A stretch of 63,876 bases of DNA, filler included, from Octopus bimaculoides (GCF_001194135.2; 5 parts of 5 records of this genome joined end to end with filler, not necessarily neighbours in it), one strand, 5' to 3'. Positions 13,291 through 28,395 are shown, counted from the first letter of the whole stretch. Notes: generated by a model from the sequence alone, not told the origin. Program-made: numbers and translations.

Positions 13291-13974
13291 AATGAATTAT
13301 TCTGTCTACGAAGTGTTATCATCTCTCACCACCTGTTGTGCAAGTATATTTTATCTTGTAACTGTTTTATATTAATTTCTGCTCCATAATCATGGGAACA
13401 GTATAAGCAATTTATAACTGATTATATTCAGTGATGGTATTGTATTATTCTCCCCTGGGTTGGAACTTTGCTTTGTTCGATATTACGTAATGCGTGCATG
13501 AATTATTTAAGGCAGGTTTCATCTCTTCCGTTCGTTGCCCCGATATCGTATTTGTCACTATGTACCCCCCACCTATTGCAGTGGTGTGGTGAAGGATATC
13601 TGTCTTAATCAAAATATATTAGAAGATAGTTTAGGTTCCCTCACCAGACATTCTATTATTTCTACTTCATTCATAGTTGTGTCCTTGAGAGGGTGGATGC
13701 ATCCAATTAGGAATTATAAAAAGATAGCAATTAAATAGAGAAGCCTCAATATATACATCATATGAACAATGAAAAAAAAATGTTTACAACTTCTATTTCA
13801 ATGCATTACGTTGTTGTCTTCCATTGATGTTTCAGTTGTAATGAAAAAAATCTATAGGCAATTTTGATAATCACACACACACATATTTGTATGTGTGTGC
13901 GTGTGTGTGTAGGTCTGTGTATTTATTTTGATACTAAAAGTTTTGGGAAACAAAACTGTATATATTATACATTA

Positions 13975-14193
13975 CTTATATCAGTCACTTCACTGCGACC
14001 ATGCTGGAGCACCGCCTTAAGTTGAACAAATCAGCCCCAAGACTTATTCTTTGTAAGCCTAGTATTTATTCTATCGTTCTCTTTTGTCGATGTGCTTGTT
14101 ACCGGGACATAAACACACTAACATCGGTTGTGAAGGGATGGTGAGAGGACAAACACAGACACATAACTACACACACACACACACACATACATA

Positions 14194-14225
<32 letters not shown>
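13975..14225 (-). mobile_element. SINE family A, 3' half
   Basis: Reverse complement of the family A 3' domain followed by (CA)n. Confidence 0.8.
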
Positions 14226-14232
<7 letters not shown>

Positions 14233-15859
14233 TAGGCCGTGTATATATATCTTTTGTATTTTGATCGACAAACGTTAACCGGGTAAGAATTTGGATAAGT
14301 GCAAATGGACTGATGTATATATTAACTGATATGTGTATACAAATATTACTTTCTATTTCTTTGAGAAGGAAATTTAATTTATAAATACTCGAGTAGGAAT
14401 ATTAATTTGCTCTAAGATTGAGGAAACAAACGTATGTTTGTAGCCCAGAGCAAAATGTCTGTTGAAATGCACAGAGTATTTCTGGGAACTAATTATTCCG
14501 TATATTATCATTTGTTACATTACATGTGTTGAGGCAGACACCCGCAACATTTCTATGAGTTTGTATGCCGTAGCAAGTCAAAAACAATTACACGCACATC
14601 TCGCGTTCCGTACACCTCTTTATTCATCATAATTAGAGCATTCCTGATTTTGATGAGCAATTATACTCTGTAATGAATTAATTTTGTCAGATGAGACACA
14701 ATATAAAATTATTCAGCGGAAATTTTGTTACGGTATCTGTAAATAGTTTGCTTTGTTATGACTGGCTGATAAGAAATACACAGTTATCTATGGTTTACTG
14801 AAATAGTTAAGTAGAATATGAAAATAGTTTACAAAGTCGAATTCATGACGAAACAACATTCTGCGTCACTTCGTTGGCTGCAAAAGCAAGATAATGCTTT
14901 TCAATGCTGATTTTTGAAGTGTTTCTAGCACTATTCTGATGAACCACTATATGTGCACAAGTGTATATTCATATATGTATGTGCTCTTATGTATGTTTGT
15001 TTGATTTCTTTCAGCGCGTATAAAAGGTATATTTTAAAAGAATCATACATTTCTAAAAACACATTTGAATACTAACAATACTAAGTGGTTCAATAATTCG
15101 AACTTGTAACGGGACAAATTTATAGCAGATGTTAAGTAATACGAGGACATTTAAAAGAATAAATTATTAATGGCTCACAATTTCTATAACTTAAATAAAA
15201 GCAGTCTAAAGGCCAATGCGTCATATAATGGGGAAGAACAGGATTAATCACACAAACCAGTACAAGAACCAAATTATAGCATCGGATTTCTAACTATTTC
15301 GAAATATATTATCTGAAGTTGAATAAGAGACAAAAAATGGCAAATGCAAAGGCTGACGTGTCAATTATAAAAGTATATTGTTGGCTGTTTCTTAATGAAT
15401 GCTTTTACAGCGCTGTATGCACCATTAAAAGCTATTTCTTGCATCTATTGCCAAAGCAGCTTAAATTGAGTGTGTATGTGTGTGGGGGGGGGATCATAAA
15501 CAATATTTCCAATTTAGAAACATTAAATATTTCGAAAAGATATATGCAAATTTAATATGTTGATTAAATGTGCGTGCGATGTCAAAAGAAAACACACAAT
15601 AGTTCTTCAGGATTTGTACAGGTTACGTTGAAGATATATAGCTAAATTCTACACAATACGTAGACAGCAAGAGATACGTTTACACACATACACACACATA
15701 CATATATACACACATACATATATACATATATACATGCATACATATATATACATACATATATACATATATACATGCATACATATATATACATACATATATA
15801 CATATATACATGCATACATATATATACATACATATATACATATATATATACATATATAT

Positions 15860-15959
15860 NNNNNNNNNNNNNNNNNNNNNNNNNNNNNNNNNNNNNNNNN
15901 NNNTTAATTAATTAANNNNNNNNNNNNNNNNNNNNNNNNNNNNNNNNNNNNNNNNNNNN
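15860..15959. other. Assembly spacer (44 N + TTAATTAATTAA + 44 N); also at 28396-28495, 50496-50595 and 62719-62818
   Basis: The same 100-nt construct occurs four times; the 12-mer has stops in all six frames. Confidence 0.9.
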
Positions 15960-16050
15960 ATTTATATATATATATACACACACAGGCAGACAGATAGGCA
16001 GATAGATACATACATACATACATAAATACATGCATACATACATACATACA

Positions 16051-16081
<31 letters not shown>

Positions 16082-16645
16082 CAAAGTAATATCATGCTGG
16101 AGCACATTTCTAAAGCAACACGTGTTGTGTCATTAAACGTTTGGCATTTCCTCGATTTAAGAATTAATATTGTTTTTCTAACATTTCATCCCTGTGAAGA
16201 CAAATATTTCCGAACACACTAAGGTAAGTACATATGACTATATCAACATGTGTCTATGAAAGATGAGGCCATGGATTTCTTTTTCTTCCACATAGCTACC
16301 TTTAAATATTTTTTTCAGTTACATTAACTAGAAATTGAAATTGCTTTTATGATATAATCTAGTCTATTGTTTGGATATGAAGTAATGTACTTTGTTATTT
16401 TCTACTGCATTTTGCTTTAGAAATATTATACCTACTTTATCATCTTCATCACGTGGTAATATGACGTAATATTTTGTTGAATATTGCGATTTGCTAACAA
16501 GAAGATAAAATGGCATAGCTGTCATTAATAAATCATCACCATGTTCTAAACCAAACACTTTCCTTTAAATATTGAGAATAAATAATTAGAAAATATTGTC
16601 ACAGCTAAATGGAAACAGCATAAGATAGAATGCTACTTCGTACGC

Positions 16646-16678
<33 letters not shown>

Positions 16679-17531
16679 CATACATACGTACGTACGTACG
16701 TACGTACATACACTGAGGCACTTCAATCTGTATGAGGTATTGTTCTCTCGCAGTGGCAATACATTTGCATTCGCACTTCAAAGCGATGTTTGAATGACGA
16801 AGACAAAAACATTAGTTGCTCTAGGGAATTCTTCTCCTTTACATACAAAATTATACTGAATCCTAGAAAAGCAGTACAAACAGCTCTACCTCAAGGAATA
16901 CGCGTCTAATTGAATATTTGAATATTTGAATAAAAATACAAACTAATATCATAAAACTAAATTTATCATCTCAATAAAAATATATGACGTAAAATGCTGA
17001 GAAAATAAGTTAATTATCGATCCTGACGTATATTTTCCTTAATATATTTAATCAAACAGGCTAGAGTATAAATCATCCTGCTGCCAATTCCTCTCTTCAA
17101 AGGTGGTATGAGAGTCACCTGGAGAATAATTCATTCCGTTATTCCGGACTAAACAACTGTACTGAGAAATAGTTGCATTAAACATGCTCATAAATATAAG
17201 AATTTCTTTGTTTGGGAAATAAATTTATTTGCCGTTATATTTTCACGTGTTACTTTGCATTTTAACTCGGTAGTAAAATGTATTTTCTACCTTTATCTCT
17301 TCTCTTTCTCTTACATATAAAGATATAAGCATATTGACACATGCACATATGTACACAAACGCATATGAATGCACACAAGTGCACACAAACATATATCTGT
17401 ATATGTATGTGTATGTATATGTGTGTGTGTGTTTAAGTATATATATATATACACGTGTGTTTGTGCGCGCGTGTGTGCGTATATATATATATATATAGAG
17501 AGAGAGAGCGAGAGAGAGAGAGAGAGTGAGT

Positions 17532-17565
<34 letters not shown>

Positions 17566-20357
17566 GGTAGGTAAATAGATAGATAGATAGATACACACAC
17601 ACATAGGAGCTCGCGCATGCATACGAATCTCCGCGCACATACGAGCTCACGCGCGCGCATAAGAACCCACGGATGCTTACATATACGTATAATAGAATGT
17701 ACTGATGAATTATTTTATGGAGAAGTTTGTAAAAAAGTTAAATGAAGTTTACATTTACAGTGATTAATATTCAAGAACATAATTATGGGTCAATGGATTA
17801 AGTGATTAATATTTGTACAATACTTTTGATTGTCTGCCAATTTACGAGTTTCGAATAACAAACATTTCTAGATGGCTGGTACTGTTTCGACTGCCAGATT
17901 TATGTCAAAGTATTTTTCATTAGTAGAGCTGTTTTCCTAACGGCTTTTTGAAAAGTAACAGTGGCTTCCGCTGGCCCTAGAACATTTATTTAACATGTAA
18001 ATGGTAGAACCGGATACATAAGTGCGTAGAAGCTTTTACATTTAAAATATACTGCTACTGCGACCTCTGCTATTGCTGTTTGTAATATAAATACCGCAAT
18101 TTAATAACAACACTCGGTAAAGAAGCAAATATAATTGCTACTACTACTACTAGTACACCACATTCGCTGCAGCGGGCACTGTAAGGAAGCCAACAACGAG
18201 CAACATTTGAATTTCGTATGACAAATATGAGAACTTCCAGAACTGGAGCTGTAAAAGTTATTTTATTCACTAAATCAAATTAATTTCATCACTTTCAGTT
18301 CATTTTGCCTTTTCATTTGTGCATGACTATATCATCTACAAAACGGTCGAAACATGCCATATAGTTTGATAAACATATAAATATATTCTTTTTTCTGTCT
18401 ATGATAAATTTATCAAAGCATATTCTCCGTTATATATATATATATATATATNNNNNNNNNNNNNNNNNNNNNNNNNNNNNNNNNNNNNNNNNNNNNNNNN
18501 NNNNNNNNNNNNNNNNNNNNNNNNNNNNNNNNNNNNNNNNNNNNNNNNNNNNNNNNNNNNNNNNNNNNNNNNNNNNNNNNNNNNNNNNNNNNNNNNNNNN
18601 NNNNNNNNNNNNNNNNNNNNNNNNNNNNNNNNNNNNNNNNNNNNNNNNNNNNNNNNNNNNNNNNNNNNNNNNNNNNNNNNATATATACGTCTCTGTGTGA
18701 ATATATGTATATATGTTTAATTTTATTGGTTTTCATAATTTACCTGAAGAAATAATTGCATCCGAGTCAGAAGAGTTCCCTATTCCAGTGTGCTTGTTTA
18801 TCACCATTTTCAGATGAATATTCTAACTCATGTACGACATATAACTTCGGCTCTCATTAAATTCTTACTCACGTTCTTTTGTCGCTAAGTTATTATTTTC
18901 CTTTGGCTTCACAATCAGTAATTTTACATTCTTCTTTTCTTCCATAACATCATTTGTCACAACACTGGATTTTGCAGTTATTGTAATCAACTGAACAAAG
19001 CACGAGAAATCTGTTAAGTTCTGAAGAGAGTATTAGTTGGCTTGCAATAATTAAACACAGCGTTGCCATATAAACTTCTACGCGTTATTCGTTTCTCATA
19101 TCAGATAGTCAAAGACGAAAAGAGAAATAGGTGATATATATATATATATATATATACAAGTATTTTAATAGCATAAATGATATATAAATATGTGCATATA
19201 TCCATACATATATGTACATACTTACATCAAAATGTATACATAGATGCATATATGGATACCGGACATCACAAAAAACGTTAAACACAATGAGAAGGAAAAC
19301 ATAAAGACTAGACAGAAAACGAACTTCTTTTGGAACAACGAAAAAAACAGAGAAACTAGACATACAACATAAAGAATATTTACCTTCTTACCTTGATCCA
19401 TCTACTCCGCGTTTGTAAATATACATCTGAGTACCTGGTTATTATTTATTCTTATGTATATATATATATATATNNNNNNNNNNNNNNNNNNNNNNNNNNN
19501 NNNNNNNNNNNNNNNNNNNNNNNNNNNNNNNNNNNNNNNNNNNNNNNNNNNNNNNNNNNNNNNNNNNNNNNNNNNNNNNNNNNNNNNNNNNNNNNNNNNN
19601 NNNNNNNNNNNNNNNNNNNNNNNNNNNNNNNNNNNNNNNNNNNNNNNNNNNNNNNNNNNNNNNNNNNNNNNNNNNNNNNNNNNNNNNNNNNNNNNNNNNN
19701 NNNNNNNNNNNNNNNNNNNNNNNNNNNNNNNNNNNNNNNNNNNNNNNNNNNNNNNNNNNNNNNNNNNNNNNNNNNNNNNNNNNNNNNNNNNNNNNNNNNN
19801 NNNNNNNNNNNNNNNNNNNNNNNNNNNNNNNNNNNNNNNNNNNNNNNNNNNNNNNNNNNNNNNNNNNNNNNNNNNNNNNNNNNNNNNNNNNNNNNNNNNN
19901 NNNNNNNNNNNNNNNNNNNNNNNNNNNNNNNNNNNNNNNNNNNNNNNNNNNNNNNNNNNNNNNNNNNNNNNNNNNNNNNNNNNNNNNNNNNNNNNNNNNN
20001 NNNNNNNNNNNNNNNNNNNNNNNNNNNNNNNNNNNNNNNNNNNNNNNNNNNNNNNNNNNNNNNNNNNNNNNNNNNNNNNNNNNNNNNNNNNNNNNNNNNN
20101 NNNNNNNNNNNNNNNNNNNNNNNNNNNNNNNNNNNNNNNNNNNNNNNNNNNNNNNNNNNNNNNNNNNNNNNNNNNNNNNNNNNNNNNNNNNNNNNNNNNN
20201 NNNNNNNNNNNNNNNNNNNNNNNNNNNNNNNNNNNNNNNNNNNNNNNNNNATATATATGAGTGCACTTGCACGTGTATGTATATATGCATATAGCTATAT
20301 GTATATATATACGCAGACACACACAGATATATATATGTGTATATGTATGCATACACG

Positions 20358-20415
<58 letters not shown>

Positions 20416-20464
20416 GATATACACACATACACACACATATATATATATACACATACATACATAT

Positions 20465-20520
<56 letters not shown>

Positions 20521-21202
20521 CTACGCATACAGATATATTGATTAGTACAGGGATATATATCCTCAATTATTCAGTCATTTATTCTCCCAAACGTGAGTAC
20601 ATAACCCGTTTGAAATCACAGTTCCTCAACCTGAAGAGAAGCAATTTAAAATATCAAAGATTCGTTGCAATAAACTGGGCTAATATTTACATATGTGAAT
20701 GTATAGGTAAATTTCATTTCTTCTACGTATCAGGCTCACCATATATAAGTAACTGTTTCTAATATCGACGATAAGGACTTTTTTTAATAGTAAAAACATA
20801 AAATTGCAAGGCTGAATTAATCATCCATAGTGTATTGTTAAAAGCTGCCTTTCTTCGCTTCAGGTTTTGATAAAAGGTGAAGTTGGTCCTCTGTGGAATT
20901 CTGATTAGCAATGCATGGAACTAAATGTAGTATGATACATCTGAACTTGCTCTAACAAATGTTACGAATACTGTTTAGTGTGTACAAACTATATGGCTAT
21001 ACGTTATAAGCAAACATTGTTTATAGTAAAACAATAAAGCACAGTTTTGTTTCACAAACCAGTATTCCCACGGAGAGGTTATCTTTATACAAAATGTACT
21101 GCTTGAAATGTACATATGCACAGAATTAAAGAGATCAAATCAGTAAGCTAACACGAGAAGACGAAATTAGAAAAATCATACGCAAACAAAGCATAAAAGA
21201 AT

Positions 21203-21203
21203 C

Positions 21204-21264
<61 letters not shown>

Positions 21265-21360
21265 GTAATAATAATAATAATAATAACAGCAACAACAATA
21301 ACAACAACAATAATAATAATAATAACAGCAACAGCAAAAACAATAACAGCAAAAATAAAA
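21203..21360. repeat. (TAA)n/(CAA)n trinucleotide microsatellite
   Basis: Seen directly; explains the poly-Leu ORF 21176-21442. Confidence 0.95.
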
Positions 21361-21917
21361 ACAAATGTATCACTATTAATGAATAAATAAATAAATGAAA
21401 TGACATTTCAAAATAATTAATGTTGTTAAAGAAAACTAACAAAAGACAGTTTGATATTTAAATTCATATATGGTCTTTTGATAGCGCTGTGTTTAGATTA
21501 ATCAATGTGTTTGGTGTCACCAGCGCAAATTAATGATTAGCATATTGTGGCAGCATTTGCTAACCAATTCCGTCAGTCTTTCAGTGATTCAAATTCTATC
21601 ACTTTCACTCTCTCTCTCTATAGCTATCACACTCTCAATCTCTTCAAATTTAACAGCTTTCAGTCATTTCTTCTTTGCTCATATCTTCATCATTTCGCAC
21701 CTCATTACATGTGATTCAAGTCATCGTTTCGGGCAACTGAGAAACTAAGCTAAAGACAGTCTGTCACCATAGTCGTTGTTGCTATCGCTACACATCTTTT
21801 TGGATCGATTTCATCTCTTATGATCAGATCCAGTATTTGTTGCAGCATTGATAATTAAGCAGAAGTGTGTAGACGCCTGAACGCATTGTAATATATTATC
21901 ACCTATGTTTTTTTTAG

Positions 21918-21996
21918 TATTTTTGAAGACTGGAAGGCAAAGCAGACTTCTTTAGAACTGAAATTAGAGGAACGACTGGAAGCTACCAAAAGATAA
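21918..21996 (+). CDS. Candidate terminal coding exon of an unidentified, coiled-coil-like protein
   Basis: Acceptor tgttttttttag|T, then IFEDWKAKQTSLELKLEERLEATKR*. The composition is charged and helical, unlike the flanking DNA. No homolog recognised. Confidence 0.4.
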
Positions 21997-24900
21997 TATC
22001 GGTTATCTAGGATTGATGTCTCTGCATAATGATTCAGACATCTCTAGAAACAAAACATTCATTCCTTCTATATAAGCATACACCATATTTACAGAGTTGA
22101 CAAAGTGAGCATGTATAGCTTTTATGCAATTTCCTAAGGTATGGTGCGCCAGGCAAACTAATTACTTAAATGTTAGATGGTTTCTTTAAGAAAAAAAATA
22201 TTACTCTATAATAGCTTGCTAGTAGAATTATTTCTATGCTCTCGAATAGCAGAACAAAGTGTACTTATCGCCACTCGAAAAGATTTTATGAATTTTACTA
22301 ACAATATTTACAGCATTTGAAATTTCTTGCAAACCGTAATCCCAGATTGTAAAACCTCTTGGTGCTAGGATGAATTGACAAATTATGGTAATTTCTAGTA
22401 CAGACACGCAATAATTAAACAAAAACAAAACGTGCGCTTCAAAAAATTGAAATCAATGTTAAAATAAAATTGATGTTAAAATGTGGCATTGTTTCAAAGT
22501 TGAGATGGAGAATGTCAAGGATGAATGGACGGTGTGGGAAAGTGTGTGGTGTATTGTGCAAGACGTTGCACTTTGATTTCATAACAAAACTAAGACGATT
22601 AGTTCTCCTTACAAAGTCTCTTGACATTAACTAACAGCTTCAAGTAATGGGATGTAACTTTCTGATTATGATGCTTGCTCTTTTATTTCACTCCTGTAAT
22701 AAAAATTACTGTAAATTTATTGTTATTTTCTGGACATATTTTGTAATATATTTTTTTAATAATTATATTGTTATAAATTGCTTTGTTTTTTTGCCTACGT
22801 TTTGGTTGTTGAGCGTTTAGTTTTCGTTGTATTCTAAATAATCAAAATATCAAAACAACTATCTGCTATAAAAATAGACAAATTAAAATTTTACAACATA
22901 AATCTATAAGTCGTTAAGAGAAATGTCAAAAGCTCAGCTTACGTAGTTGTTTTATTTTTTTTATCATTTCTTTAATCTTGTGCTTTTATTATTTGCCGTC
23001 TGGTTATTTTTAATATTAGTGGTGTGGTGATGATGGAGAATGTTATAGTAGTTGGCGGCGTCGTATAAATAGTAGTTGTTGTAACCGTTCAGTACTGGTC
23101 AGTTTTGACCGACGATTTTTGTATATTAATAACTACGTTGTCCTTCCAATATAACACGAGGGGCGGGGCAGTGATATCATAGAATTTCATTACTATTTCT
23201 CATAGTTGGTGGTGCCACTTTGGCTGAAGTTGTGTTAATAACGTGTGTTAGTGACACAATAACATATTTTACGTTCAGTAACGAAGTTCTAAATATCTTT
23301 TATTTTCGGAGAGCCAACGAAAATGGTATTAGAATGGGAGGAATGTATTCTCTTCTATTGGTGACGTGGCCAGAAAGCTTGCAGTGAATCGATATTGTAT
23401 AACTGGTCACCTAAGAAGTTTACCACCGAAGAATTAAGAGCGCAAAATGTTGGAATCAATACTGCACGAAATCTCATCTAATACTTTTACATTTCTGCAG
23501 CCCAACACTCCTGGGCGAGTACTGCAATTTATCGATCCGAAAAAATTTAATATGCATAATCAACCTCGACATGATTTGAAACCAGATCAAAGAGATTCGG
23601 AATAATTACAAACAAGGAATTTTGTTAACGATGCAAGCAATTCGGCATTTGTACAAATAGTTACGATGTTTCACTTGGATCTTGGTTTTGATGATGTTGA
23701 TACTATGTTAATATTTCAGTGGTCGTGATTCGTGATAATTCTGGATATATTAACATTTAAGATGCGATTTGAATGGTATACCACTCTAGTGTCTATGATC
23801 ACTTTCCGATATGATCGGCTAGGTAGTGCTGCTGTTATTCATGCTTCTATGCGTTTTTGTTTTTTATATAATTCTTCTTGTCACCGTTGCTGCATTGCAT
23901 TCCTTTAGAAATTAAAGCTCTTAAATATCTATATAAAGACATCATACATCATACATATTCTAAGCATAATAAATTCAAGTCACAAGTTAATTTTATACGA
24001 TTGATGAAATTTCTTTCTCAATCAAAGGATTCTCTATTCTTCAACTATATGTTAGACCTACAGAAGAGGTCATCAGAGAACAGCAATCACTTTTCAACCA
24101 TACTCGCTTACTGTGCTTTCCTACATTTATAATATGGACTTTGTGAGAGCAGGATAGTGAATATAAGCGTTCATTAGCAATATCAAATATCTGGTAGTCT
24201 CGTCCCTGCGTCAATGAAATTAAACTGATTTAAATGGAATGCAAAAGAAGTGTCACATGTAGGCAACCACAAATAAGTGACGAATACCTTCTATGAGGAA
24301 CAAAATAAGATCTAATTATGTCTCTCAATATAGTGAAGATTGCAGTTCAAACTTTGAGAATGTTAATAAATATGATCTGCCCTTGAAGATGGCAGAAGTG
24401 TAGAAATCTATGCACAAGGTGATTGTAAGAACGAAGATTGCTTGAAAAATATTTCCACAGAGAACCATTCTGGTTTTAATCTTATGCCATTGAGCACATT
24501 ATGACACCTACGCTCGTTCACAAAGATAATTAAGTTAAGGTGTACGAAATCGTGGGTATCAACATAGTTAATTAACAGCTAACTCTTCATTTATTTAAAA
24601 ACTTTATCATATTTCAGAAACAACTTTTTCTTGCTTGCAATCAAAATTGTAAACGCGTTTCAATGTATTTATATAGTTTGATAATTTCTTAGATACTTTG
24701 ATTGATAATTAATCTGAGCTATATATANNNNNNNNNNNNNNNNNNNNNNNNNNNNNNNNNNNNNNNNNNNNNNNNNNNNNNNNNNNNNNNNNNNNNNNNN
24801 NNNNNNNNNNNNNNNNNNNNNNNNNNNNNNNNNNNNNNNNNNNNNNNNNNNNNNNNNNNNNNNNNNNNNNNNNNNNNNNNNNNNNNNNNNNNNNNNNNNN

Positions 24901-25063
24901 NNNNNNNNNNNNNNNNNNNNNNNNNNNNNNNNNNNNNNNNNNNNNNNNNNNNNNNNNNNNNNNNNNNNNNNNNNNNNNNNNNNNNNNNNNNNNNNNNNNN
25001 NNNNNNNNNNNNNNNNNNNNNNNNNNNNNNNNNNNNNNNNNNNNNNNNNNNNNNNNNNNNNNN

Positions 25064-25109
<46 letters not shown>

Positions 25110-26056
25110 GTGCATACATATAAATATATGTAGAGACTTATATGTATGTGAGTATATTTATAATTACTTATTTATATGCACGTTGGTTGTGTGTTTGGAG
25201 CCCGTCTATGCATGTTTAAATTAACGAAAAATACTTTCCTAAATAAAGAGTTGATTTCTCATTTCTATTATCACGACAGGAAATATCTATGTCGTGGAAC
25301 ATTTCCGCAAACCGTATATGGTTTCACTATATTGGCGTTGATATTGTATTTTTTTTACATTATCACTGTATATATATATATATATATATTTTAATGTTAT
25401 CTACTTGTTTGCTGCCTCTTTCGCAATTGTTTTTCCATTCTACTGAGAGCATCCGAGAAATTGCTTTTTATATCATTGTTCATCTCGTAAATTACATTTC
25501 TTTGATAAAATTAATGGATGCTTGTTTTTTTTCTTTATCTTTTATGATAATAGCTAACAATGCAATGCGTACATGTGTATGCCTATACCTTGATACATAT
25601 ACAAACACTCACAAACACACACACACGCACACATACACATATGAATATGTGTGTTTGTTTGTGTGAGTTTGTGGAATTTATAGTTTATGAAGAGCAATGT
25701 TTACACATAACACGTATATATTTTCTCTGTGTGAAGCGTCCATTTTTGTATGTATATTATGTACAGATTCGTATACAGAAGTACAAGAAGCATATAAGCG
25801 TATACGCACCCGCGCACACTTGGACACGTACATAGTGATATTTGTATCTATATACGTGTAATTATAAGTATGCTGCCATCAGCTGTCATATCCAAAATCT
25901 TCCCTTACACGCATACTATGTAGTGACAAGTTTAACACGGAAACATACATAAATCAGATCAACAGTTGTATACATATTTCAGCCAACACGTTGACAGATA
26001 TGCGCCAGTAGGTCACCCCCATCGGAATAAATAACGAAGTATTAACCGAAGCAGTG

Positions 26057-26366
26057 TTTAGGTATAGTTGAAATACGTTTGTCACATATTTCAATTGCTA
26101 AAGGCAAATACCCTTCAGTCACCATGGAGTGTTGACTGAATTATATATAAAGCTACAATCTTCATTGTGTTCGTTCGGAGTTGGCTCCCTTAAGTAAATC
26201 TCATTGACAAGCGTAAAAAAAACTCGAAACGCCGATGTCTGAGATACGTAACGCATGGCGACATTGATCGAACTGGTGTTTCCACAATTTTTTTCTATAA
26301 GATTTATTCCCACAGTAGCTGCAGTGCATTTGAAACATGTGACAAACGAATTTCAGCTAACCTAAA
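26057..26366. mobile_element. MITE-like element with about 42-bp terminal inverted repeats
   Basis: tttaggtatagttgaaatacgtttgtcacatatttcaattgc versus the reverse complement of gcatttgaaacatgtgacaaacgaatttcagctaacctaaa. Confidence 0.7.
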
Positions 26367-26833
26367 TTGTGGTCATACCTAAACATTGCTTACGCCAATA
26401 CACCGTTCTAAATTTATGCGTATATATATATATATACACACACATACATATACATATATAAGATATATACATATACATACACATACTGGNNNNNNNNNNN
26501 NNNNNNNNNNNNNNNNNNNNNNNNNNNNNNNNNNNNNNNNNNNNNNNNNNNNNNNNNNNNNNNNNNNNNNNNNNNNNNNNNNNNNNNNNNNNNNNNNNNN
26601 NNNNNNNNNNNNNNNNNNNNNNNNNNNNNNNNNNNNNNNNNNNNNNNNNNNNNNNNNNNNNNNNNNNNNNNNNNNNNNNNNNNNNNNNNNNNNNNNNNNN
26701 NNNNNNNNNNNNNNNNNNNNNNNNNNNNNNNNNNNNNNNNNNNNNNNNNNNNNNNNNNNNNNNNNNNNNNNNNNNNNNNNNNNNNNNNNNNNNNNNNNNN
26801 NNNNNNNNNNNNNNNNNNNNNNNNNNNNNNNNN

Positions 26834-26883
<50 letters not shown>

Positions 26884-28353
26884 TACATATACATATATAA
26901 GATATATACATATACATACACATACTGGCGAGTATTTTCTGTTATGTACATGATTTTACACGTTTTGAAATGAGGAAATGGCATAGAACGTGAACAAGAA
27001 CGAATGGACTTCTTTCACAACGTCATTATGTTTTTTTTTATCCATGTGACTCATATGTCATATGATCTAATTTTTAAGGTTTTAAAAACGACTACATAGA
27101 TTCGTGTTTTATTATTTTGATGTGTAACCACAACATATTATTGATTAAACACTTTCCTATCAGTCAGTCAAGTCTTTTTAGCTCTTATTTCGTTTATAAA
27201 TGTAGGATTGCGTTTTAGAGATACTTCTGTACACATTTTAGTATTTCGAACAACCACCTAATTGATTCCTCATTGGTTTACGTAGGTGTCTGCTTAGATT
27301 ATTAAGCATTTCTTAGAAAATGATCCACGTCAATATGGCCACTTCCAAACTAAATAATTTGAACGTATATTATAATGAGTAAGTTATATTGTTGTAGTTT
27401 TCTTTTCCTTGTTATTATATACATTCAATTTCGCTTGTTCAGTAAGCTTGCAGCATACTGATGGTGAACCAGTCTACAAGATAGATGCAATCCACAAAAT
27501 ATAAGCACCTCTTTTGCGAAGTTTCTTAGTTTTACCACTATGGTGTCCCGAGTCAGCCAGCCTTCGTTTCTGATACAATGTGTACAACAAGAATTTTCCA
27601 TCATCTTCAATATTGTTTGCTATACCAACCAGAATATAGAGCCTCGTTTGAGGGCAAAATTATCCCACGCAGCCCAGTATTTGTTACAAATTTGTTATGA
27701 GCATAAGGTGAACACTTTTAGCGTTGGGACGCGACCCATACCTTGATCATATGATAGCTATCTATACAGAATAGAAAATTGCTCGTAAATGATTTAACTA
27801 AATGGTGCATACTATGACAGATTTAACTTCGTACCTACACTTCTATTATTCTTGGAATCAATAGCAAAATAATACACGGAGGTGACACGCTTCTTAGTTT
27901 CCTATTCTAAGAAATATATTGGAAGATAAATTGCATACAACCCTTACGAGATGTCAAATACGATATGAGTTTCATAGGGGAGACAATAATTGAAGGAAAA
28001 TTATGGGGATAAATTATTTGGCTGTCGTAACGTTTATATTCATATCATAGGAGACATGTGGGATCACGCGAGCGAAGGTAAGACGAGAAGACATAAGAAA
28101 GCAGATGAAAACTGTTTCGTAATACTCCGATCGATATATCATATTTCTGCACCAAATTAATCCGGAGCCGACATTAGATTTCCCCGCAACCAAAGAGTTA
28201 ATAACGTAAATAGCAATTTGCTGTATTTCCTTCTCTCTCTCAAAAATATTACTTTGCAGCAATAACAATAATTCTAATGTGTAATCTGGGTTGCAAAACG
28301 CTATATTAAACAGAGAAGATTTCGTATATATACACATATATGTATGTGTGCAC

Positions 28354-28395
<42 letters not shown>

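Noticed and set aside
15904-15915. Recurrent palindrome TTAATTAATTAA (4 copies)
   Set aside because: Always centred in exactly 44+44 N; an artificial six-frame-stop gap spacer
17860-17930. Minus-strand CTAATGA...GTCGAAACAGTA, a second hammerhead-like string
   Set aside because: The core G5 is altered and neither stem I nor the base of stem II pairs; at most a decayed relic
18130-18255. Minus-strand segment open in all frames after ttttacag (FSYLSYEI..GFLTVP, vaguely like a Calx-beta start)
   Set aside because: The spacing does not fit Calx-beta, there is no good donor, and the phase is incompatible with the FREM-like exon
21176-21442. Poly-Leu/Ile 'membrane protein' ORFs (also 42700-43019)
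   Set aside because: Translations of (TAA)n microsatellites
22613-22693. Strong minus-strand splice-site pair (ttattacag| ... |gtaagg)
   Set aside because: Stops in all three frames; could only be non-coding, and there is no further support
26420-26930. Direct repeat on both sides of a gap (also 56727-56906)
   Set aside because: Typical unmerged contig overlap
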